In this document: positions 58,157 to 64,000 of the stretch, in pieces | Numbering within the stretch: the stretch's first letter is position 1 | How the letters are laid out: every line of letters starts with the position of its first letter | NCBI RefSeq assembly: GCF_012290005.1 | Contig: NZ_JAAXMS010000007.1 | Location: forward strand, 41,991-105,990 | Direction: 5' to 3' | Source of the DNA: Crateriforma spongiae | Lineage (GTDB): Bacteria; Planctomycetota; Planctomycetia; Pirellulales; Pirellulaceae | Length of the DNA: 64,000 bases | Position numbers and translations under genes: made by a program | Notes under the pieces: model-generated | What the model was told of the DNA's origin: nothing | What the model saw: only the letters and a program-made list of their open reading frames with translations | The model's database searches: none

Positions 58157-59776
58157 ATGAAAAGAAAACTAGCATTTTTCGTGTGTGCGATGTTGGCGTG
58201 CGATGCGTATGCCTTGGAATCGCAACCTCCCCAGAGTGCTCAACGGTGGCGAGATGAGAGATGCTGTGGCCCGGTCAGTCTTTACGTACTTGCGAAATTG
58301 GCTGATCAGCCATTGGATTTGGAGGAGATCATTCGAATCGCCCCACCAAGCGACAAAGGCCGGACAAAAAGCCTGGGAACAGTGGGGGCTTTCCTTGCGG
58401 CGTTTGTTTATTTTCTTTGTAAGATGGTGCGTCGTGGAGTAAGAAAAGCGTTGCTGAAAAGTTTTGTGACCGATGGCACCCGAGCGACTGGTCTGATTCG
58501 GGGGTGGCGTCTGCCATCGTCGCTGACTCGATCAAGTTTCTTCAAGCTCGCCATTTTGTACTGTGGGTTTGCATTTGCTAACGAGCATGCGTGGGGCGAA
58601 CATGTGTTGCCCCGCTCCGTTAGGGCAGCTCTTGAGCAAAACTCATCGCTGTTTTCGAAAGCCAGCATTACTGGTCAGAAGAGTCGAAAAATAATTTCTT
58701 CGATTGAAGACGTAAAAAGCTTGTTTGGAACTCTTGAATCGCGGGACGAGTTCGAGAAAACGCTTGGTTTTGAGCTGAAGTTCAACGGGCCACTTTTTCG
58801 AGAGTCCGTGGTGCACCCCCCGGGGGCCTACTATGCGAGTGAACTCGTAAATGAAATATCTTACGATGGACAAAAGTTTTATCACGGATCGAAAGATCTT
58901 AGTGATCCTGCTTTGAGCAGCGTGTTCGTCTACACGCCGGAGATAGCCACTTCGCGACAAGAGCGCATGGAAGGCCTGGACTATTTGGCATCGATGGAAT
59001 TTTGGTATCTCGATGAAATTGGTTTTAGGGGGCCACACTCCGTGGCGGAGCTTGGTCAGCCGGTTAAATCTGTCATTCTCGATGCTGAGAATCGCGGGAA
59101 AGTCATTTCAGTTGAAGACCTCAGCAACGGGGCAATGGAGTTGATTGAGGTCATCATCGAGCAGCCAGAGCCCTGGCAGAGTCAGATGACATTTGACATC
59201 AAAACGCATGAGCCCTTTGCACTTTTGACGGGCAGTAGTCGCGAATTGCAGATGCGCATTGAGCAAGAGCGGCGAGAGTTGCTGGGAGATAGCCGGAAGA
59301 TTCGATATCGTCTCAGAAAGTCCTTGGGTTACGCCGTCGAAGAGAAATGGGTTTCGAGAGCTTCCACAGGTGATGTTATGTTTCACACGCGGAATTCGGA
59401 CTTTTTGCAAGTTGGCTCAGCTAACGCTTGGATTCCAAGGCGATGTGTCGTTGCGTCATTCGCCTACGAAACTTCTCCTTCATCGATTGCACCTGCGGCA
59501 GTGTTTCAGACTCTGATTGAGATCGTTTCCTATCAAGCGATCGAGTTGGGCAACAGCGAATTCAAGATTTGGTACGACGAAGCCGGTGTAAGGGTTTCCG
59601 ATTGGACCAGTCCGCGAGCCACCCTCGAGGATGCGGATTTCTATCGTGTTCCAGCTTCAATTTTTGATATGCCCCAAAAGTCGCCGTTGATAAGAAATGT
59701 TTTGATTCTAAATTTGATTGTCGTTTTGGGTATTGTCGGGTGGTGGGTTTATCGAAAGAATCGAAAAAACACCTGA
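58157..59776 (+). CDS. Hypothetical chimeric protein with signal peptide, short peptidase-C39-like fragment, TM segment, paralogue-type domain and C-terminal anchor; island paralogue B
   Basis: MKRKLAFFVCAMLACDAYA signal. ERCCGPVSLYVLAKLADQPLDLEEII resembles the N-terminus of C39-like domains. TM VGAFLAAFVYFLCKMV. C-terminal TM VLILNLIVVLGIVGWWVY followed by RKNRKNT. Confidence 0.55.
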   Translation: MKRKLAFFVCAMLACDAYALESQPPQSAQRWRDERCCGPVSLYVLAKLADQPLDLEEIIRIAPPSDKGRTKSLGTVGAFLAAFVYFLCKMVRRGVRKALLKSFVTDGTRATGLIRGWRLPSSLTRSSFFKLAILYCGFAFANEHAWGEHVLPRSVRAALEQNSSLFSKASITGQKSRKIISSIEDVKSLFGTLESRDEFEKTLGFELKFNGPLFRESVVHPPGAYYASELVNEISYDGQKFYHGSKDLSDPALSSVFVYTPEIATSRQERMEGLDYLASMEFWYLDEIGFRGPHSVAELGQPVKSVILDAENRGKVISVEDLSNGAMELIEVIIEQPEPWQSQMTFDIKTHEPFALLTGSSRELQMRIEQERRELLGDSRKIRYRLRKSLGYAVEEKWVSRASTGDVMFHTRNSDFLQVGSANAWIPRRCVVASFAYETSPSSIAPAAVFQTLIEIVSYQAIELGNSEFKIWYDEAGVRVSDWTSPRATLEDADFYRVPASIFDMPQKSPLIRNVLILNLIVVLGIVGWWVYRKNRKNT

Positions 59777-59785
59777 TGTATTGAA

Positions 59786-60317
59786 GTGTTATTGTTCATG
59801 GTGTTTCAGATTCTAGCTTTTCCTGTGGGGGGCTTCGAGAGAGTTTTACCGGTGTTCGATGAAAGCATGACTGCGGATCAGCTTGCGGAGTTTCTAGTGC
59901 TTCATCATGATGCGTTGAAGTCGCTGTCGTTGGTTTGTCAGACTTTTCCGCAGAGTATTGAAGATGAGCCTGAAGGGCATTATTGGCGGAGGACAGTGTC
60001 GGTGAATGGATCGAAGTTGATGTATAGGAGTGACAATGGTCATGGGTATTTAAGGCTGCCCTGGGGATTTGATCCGTTAAAAAAAGACGTTCGTAATGGA
60101 CCCCGATGGCTCTTTGGCATTTGAACATGTAAATCGGAAGTTCACGGAGTGTCAGTTTCGTGCCGGCAATGCGCCGCTTTCGGTTCATTTTTGGCGTATC
60201 GCGATGGCTTTGGGCTCTCCTTGGATGCCTGTTGACGGTGTTGTCCGAGCGTTTTGTCTCACGTTGATCAATCGCGTACTGCCATGTGATTGGTTTGGCA
60301 ATTCCTCGGGGTATTGA
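59786..60317 (+). pseudogene. Probable frameshifted or truncated remnant of an island paralogue
   Basis: Two short ORFs (59786..60124 and 60096..60317) overlap by 29 nt in different frames. There is no signal peptide and no C-terminal anchor. The first ORF resembles the N-terminal mature region of paralogues A and D. Confidence 0.35.
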
Positions 60318-60375
60318 TCCAATCTATTCGCTTGTAAAATCTATTTGAATCGAATTATCTGTTGGGAGATTTTGG

Positions 60376-61545
60376 GTGGAGCGGTTAAGTATGCAGTGTC
60401 GGGTGCTGGTTTGGAAACGGATGCTTCCGATCGCTCTCTTGTTTTTCTGTCCGCTGACAGAGTCGTGGGGGTTAGAGCCAGCCGACGCATTCGAAAGGCT
60501 CTACGGACGACGACTTCAGTGTACGAAAGCGGAAGTGACCGCGAAGTGGACGGTCAGAAAATCCGCGACCGGTGAGACTTATGGTCTGGATCTAAGCCCG
60601 CAGCAGGGATTGGCCAAGATTGCCTTCGACGACGAGGTGCCGATATGGCAGTTGAAAATGGAACGCAATCAGGTTGTCGGTTCGAGATTTCATCGAGATA
60701 CTCCTACAACCAGAAGGCAGATAAACCAAGATAGCTTTTTGCTCGCTGTCGAGTTGGAGAATGACAGGTACTTCTTTAACCCATTTTATATGGGAGCGTT
60801 TCTGTATACGGCACCAAGAAACATTCGTCCGCCGAGGGTTAGTTTTGATCGAATGTACCCTTCGATTCATCCGCGGATGGTCGGCTTGTTTTCATTAGAG
60901 AGTTTTCTTCACGGTGTTTCCCATCAATCGATGGATCGCCGGCGGGAGTGGTCAAAACAACCGAGTACGAAATGTATTGAGACTGAAAATGGGTTTCAAA
61001 TTGTTGGTCCCTCGTCGACCGGACAGCAAGTGGAATACTCCTATGATACGAAAGATGAGCCAATTTTGAGTATTGTGCGAACGATCGGAAGAGTATCCGA
61101 AGACGGCAACTTCGTTCTCGCCGGTGAACCCTGGGCAGTCTTAAAGACCGAACACAGGGAGTTCGGGAAGGCCGTTCTTCCGATCCACGCGAAGCAAGTT
61201 CAGACCGAATACAAGGAGGCCTTTAAAGAAGAAACGAGGGAACCCGTCCATGTTTTGGTCAAAACGGTGATTGATCTGGAACTCGATTGGGACCACGTGA
61301 ATGACAACGACTTCTCGCTCACGAGTGACTACCAATCATGGGGCCTGCCTTCCGGTACACGTGTGCTGGACGCGTCGAAAATGCAGCCAAACACAATCGA
61401 TCGAATCGCAGTGACGTCGATCAAACCACGGAAGCCAAAACCGAATGGATTGCCAGTAATCATCATCCTGTCTTTCGTCACGGTGGGGCTTTTGGTTTGT
61501 CGTTTCCTTTATCGTTGGTGGAGCAATCGTAGGCTTAGTATGTGA
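60376..61545 (+). CDS. Hypothetical secreted, C-tail-anchored protein; island paralogue D
   Basis: Signal RMLPIALLFFCPLTESWG and C-terminal TM LPVIIILSFVTVGLLVCRFLY followed by RWWSNRR. Same architecture as 56989..58125. Confidence 0.55.
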   Translation: MERLSMQCRVLVWKRMLPIALLFFCPLTESWGLEPADAFERLYGRRLQCTKAEVTAKWTVRKSATGETYGLDLSPQQGLAKIAFDDEVPIWQLKMERNQVVGSRFHRDTPTTRRQINQDSFLLAVELENDRYFFNPFYMGAFLYTAPRNIRPPRVSFDRMYPSIHPRMVGLFSLESFLHGVSHQSMDRRREWSKQPSTKCIETENGFQIVGPSSTGQQVEYSYDTKDEPILSIVRTIGRVSEDGNFVLAGEPWAVLKTEHREFGKAVLPIHAKQVQTEYKEAFKEETREPVHVLVKTVIDLELDWDHVNDNDFSLTSDYQSWGLPSGTRVLDASKMQPNTIDRIAVTSIKPRKPKPNGLPVIIILSFVTVGLLVCRFLYRWWSNRRLSM

Positions 61546-61554
61546 AGGCGTGAA

Positions 61555-62814
61555 ATGCGCTCCCGGCGAAACTCGACGACCGTGCTTCGTGCCGTCGCGA
61601 TCGGAGTTGCGGTGATAGCTTCGATTGCGATCGCTGATCGACGCTATGGAGATTCGCTTCATTCCTGGCGATTAAGTATCGAGTACCGAGTCGGAACAAA
61701 CTTCGTTGATACGGGGCAGTTTGCAAACGCGTTTTCCGACGAAAGTGGTCCGACGGGTTGGGTTGCCCCGATTCCGACCGTCCTGTTGGGTGTGGTTTGC
61801 AAGGCAATGAATCACGATGAGAAGCGGATATCGTTTTTTGTTTTGTTGCTAAATGCGTTTTGTTTGTTTTTGGGGGCCTTTTTCGTAGCAAACGGTGATC
61901 GTGTCGGGTTCTCGGTTCCCGTTGTCATCATTCTCTTGACTGCGTTTGGCTTTGAACGCTTGCTGCGTTATCAACCGGAAATCCTTTGCGTTCCAGCGAT
62001 CTCCTTGTGTTTTTTCAGCGCAGGCGAATCGTCTTGTCGATTGCTTCGTCTTTCCAAGCGGAAACTGCTTGTTGCGAAATATCTGAGCCAGAGTCTAGCT
62101 ATCTTAATTTCGCCTATCGTGGGTCTTGCGCTCACAGTGCACTCCGCCGTCGGGTTTGGTCGTGCGCATGGTAGATTTGTGAAAACGGCGTTTGCCTTGT
62201 CGTGCGTCCTTTCACTTGGGTTGGTAATCCTGTGCTCAGTTCGGAACTGGTGGGTTGTCGGGTTGCCAGGATTCGTTAAGACCAACGGTTGGTACGAACT
62301 GTACCAGTCCCAGGTTCTGGATGATGACGGCGTGTTGGATGCGATTACACTTGATCAGCATCCCATTTCGGTGAATTCAAGGGCCCACCTTGATTACTGC
62401 TCAGTTGGTGAAGCCCAATTCATTCGGCAATCCCGAAGTCGCTGTATTGAAGCGATATTACGTAGTCCACTGGAATATTTGAATCGGGTTGTGTACCGAT
62501 TGGCTTCGTTGGTTTTGGGCAGTTTCGTGTTCTGTGGCCAACTTCGACATGCTGATGTGTTTCGTCTGATGGTGTTCGGCGCGGTGCATGGAACAATTGC
62601 TTTCCACTTGGTGGTTCACCCAAATCGCAAGCCGTCTTTTGACCACGCTGTGTTTCTGATTGCACTCTTGGCGGCGCCGTATGTTCTTGTGTCGTTCTAT
62701 GAAAGGTACCGCATCATCTTTTTTCCACCCGTCTATGTTGCGTTCCGATTGTCCATCGAGGCTCTCGCCGGATGTTGGTGGCGACGGGGCCCTGCCATCA
62801 ACCCAGGGATGTAG
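61555..62814 (+). CDS. Polytopic membrane protein (GT-C-like candidate), hypothetical
   Basis: About 10 hydrophobic helices. The N-terminal loop with SGPTGWVAPIPTVLLGVV resembles the first periplasmic loop region of ArnT/PMT-type enzymes (weak). It starts 10 nt after the upstream stop. Confidence 0.5.
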   Translation: MRSRRNSTTVLRAVAIGVAVIASIAIADRRYGDSLHSWRLSIEYRVGTNFVDTGQFANAFSDESGPTGWVAPIPTVLLGVVCKAMNHDEKRISFFVLLLNAFCLFLGAFFVANGDRVGFSVPVVIILLTAFGFERLLRYQPEILCVPAISLCFFSAGESSCRLLRLSKRKLLVAKYLSQSLAILISPIVGLALTVHSAVGFGRAHGRFVKTAFALSCVLSLGLVILCSVRNWWVVGLPGFVKTNGWYELYQSQVLDDDGVLDAITLDQHPISVNSRAHLDYCSVGEAQFIRQSRSRCIEAILRSPLEYLNRVVYRLASLVLGSFVFCGQLRHADVFRLMVFGAVHGTIAFHLVVHPNRKPSFDHAVFLIALLAAPYVLVSFYERYRIIFFPPVYVAFRLSIEALAGCWWRRGPAINPGM

Positions 62815-62827
62815 TGTTTCATTCGTC

Positions 62828-63143
62828 GTAGGCCACGTGGTGGGTGACGGGAAGCTGATTCGACGTGGGCAAAAAGGTGTACCCGTTGGCTTACCGGCGT
62901 GGTTGTCATGCGGAGCATGACCTACGGATGTAGGTCACGCTGTGCGTGACGGGAACCCAGATTCGACGTGGGCAAAAAGGTGTACCCGTTGGCCTACCGA
63001 CGTGGTTGTCATGCGGAGCATGACCTACGGATGTAGGTCACGCTGTGCGTGACGGGAAGCTGATTCGACGTGGGCAAAAAAGGTGTACCCGTTGGCCTGC
63101 CGGCGTGGTTGTCATGCGGAGCATGACCTACGGATGTGGTGAC
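62828..63143. repeat. Tandem array (~2.9 copies) of a 102-103-nt highly structured non-coding unit
   Basis: Units at 62844..62945, 62946..63048 and 63049..~63143, with only a few substitutions or 1-nt indels between them, plus a degenerate partial copy at ~62828..62843. Each unit carries gtcatgc-gga-gcatgac, tgacctac-ggat-gtaggtca and gtcacgc-tgt-gcgtgac. The array lies between convergent genes. Confidence 0.9.
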
Positions 63144-63154
63144 TGAGACTTGTC

Positions 63155-63937
63155 TTAGTAGACTGATTCAGCGACCGGTTGTTCCTGGTCCCAGGTGCAG
63201 CGTTTGACGTACCACTGGCGATCGCCGGTTTCCGCGTCGATTTTGAATGCCATCGTGACGATGATGTCGTTCTTGAACGGATCGGTGTGATTGTTCCAAT
63301 TCGTCTCCACGTATTGTTCGCCAAAGTGGGTGTACATCCGGGCCGAGCCGACTTGAAACAATTCGATATCGCCGCCGATGTCTTCCAAGGCGGCGACGCA
63401 ATCGTCTTCCTTGTAGTTTTCCATCGGCGACATCCCCATGCCATCTTCCATCGCCCGCACTTCGGCTTCCAGTTGTTCGTAGTGGGTCACAAGCGGTGTG
63501 CCGGGTGAAACGCGGTTGATGTGATCCTTGCGCATTTCCATCACCATTTCGCGGTCGCCGCGGGCCATCAGCCGCAAGTACTCTTTAGCGAAATACGCCG
63601 ATTCAGTGCCCACCGTTTGCGTTGCCAGCAAAGGCATCAGAGTTCCGCAAACACCAAAGCCCACCGCCAAAACCATTCCGATCTTGGCCGGTAGGGTCCC
63701 GATCGGTCGGCCGCGGTCGCTAGGCCGCAACGCGATCAACCCAAGCAGGATCGCGATCACGGGAAGCACCAACAGAGGCGTGCCCAGCAGACAAAATACG
63801 CTGGCCAGCCCCGCTAGTAGTGCGAAAAAACCCGAGGCGCGAATGGGCGTGGGTTGTTCTTCCACCCCGTACCCGGTTTCGGCACCGATCAAAGGCGAAC
63901 TGGACAACGAATCGCTGACAGCGGTCGTATCGGACAT
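63155..63937 (-). CDS. Hypothetical membrane protein (two or three N-terminal TM helices plus a soluble C-terminal domain)
   Basis: TM segments FFALLAGLASVFCLLGTPLLVLPVIAILLGLIAL and IGMVLAVGFGVCGTLMPLLA. Start taken as the ATG at 63937 (MSDTTAVSD). The ORF is open to the window edge, so a longer form cannot be excluded. Confidence 0.5.
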   Translation of the reverse strand: MSDTTAVSDSLSSSPLIGAETGYGVEEQPTPIRASGFFALLAGLASVFCLLGTPLLVLPVIAILLGLIALRPSDRGRPIGTLPAKIGMVLAVGFGVCGTLMPLLATQTVGTESAYFAKEYLRLMARGDREMVMEMRKDHINRVSPGTPLVTHYEQLEAEVRAMEDGMGMSPMENYKEDDCVAALEDIGGDIELFQVGSARMYTHFGEQYVETNWNNHTDPFKNDIIVTMAFKIDAETGDRQWYVKRCTWDQEQPVAESVY

Positions 63938-64000
63938 TGCGGAATCGACGAAGCAAGTGGGAACGTTGGTTTGGGAAGCTTCGGCCGTGCGATGACGCAA

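Noticed and set aside
62828-63143. Possible CRISPR array
   Set aside because: The whole ~102-nt unit repeats with only a few substitutions or 1-nt indels between copies, so there are no unique spacers. The period is too long, and no cas genes are in the window. I treat it as a structured tandem repeat.

Overview
The window is GC-rich: hand counts of core 60-nt lines gave 36-37 G+C. It is gene-dense and looks like chromosome from a Planctomycetota, probably a Pirellulaceae-like organism. Supporting signs are two prepilin-leader DUF1559 proteins with the H-X9-DG motif, three Cys-type sulfatases, Tat-signal Gfo/Idh/MocA oxidoreductases and a DUF1080 protein. I support about 42 protein-coding genes and found no rRNA, tRNA, CRISPR array or transposase.

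Main blocks:
- 1-9.0 kb: housekeeping and regulatory genes. These are a truncated GNAT gene, metG, a thioredoxin/trypsin-like protease fusion, a crotonase and an FHA-GAF sigma-54 activator.
- 13-25.6 kb: a sulfatase and sialic-acid-type locus with three sulfatases, a NanA-like lyase, a NanM-like Kelch domain fused to an SSS transporter, two Tat oxidoreductases and a TIM-barrel isomerase.
- 25.6-33.8 kb: a minus-strand operon encoding a YqiJ/NfeD-like protein, a flotillin and a 1748-aa beta-rich/coiled-coil/AAA+ ATPase. A CBS site-2 protease lies upstream, and there is a candidate -24/-12 promoter. I rate this the best candidate for an uncharacterised system.
- 35.5-50 kb: RbsD/FucU, RecQ-like helicase, trhO, an APC permease plus aldehyde dehydrogenase, an Upf1-like SF1 helicase, DUF1294, a dnaE2 with no neighbouring imuA/imuB, and a DUF1080/PHP-like fusion.
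- 50.3-55.1 kb: four minus-strand genes with overlapping junctions (sulfotransferase, large polytopic membrane protein, DUF1559, anchored protein).
- 55.4-62.8 kb: a G4-forming octamer repeat and a phage/plasmid-like gene, then a lower-GC island (hand counts 23-28 G+C per 60 nt). The island holds divergent tail-anchored secreted paralogues, a chimeric C39-fragment protein, a gene remnant and a polytopic membrane protein.
- 62.83-63.14 kb: about 2.9 tandem copies of a ~102-nt unit carrying three interlocking hairpins.

Many ORFs in the supplied track are antisense shadows or 5'-extended; I trimmed starts where signal peptides or neighbouring stops supported it. All functional calls rest on motif recognition by eye, with no database search.
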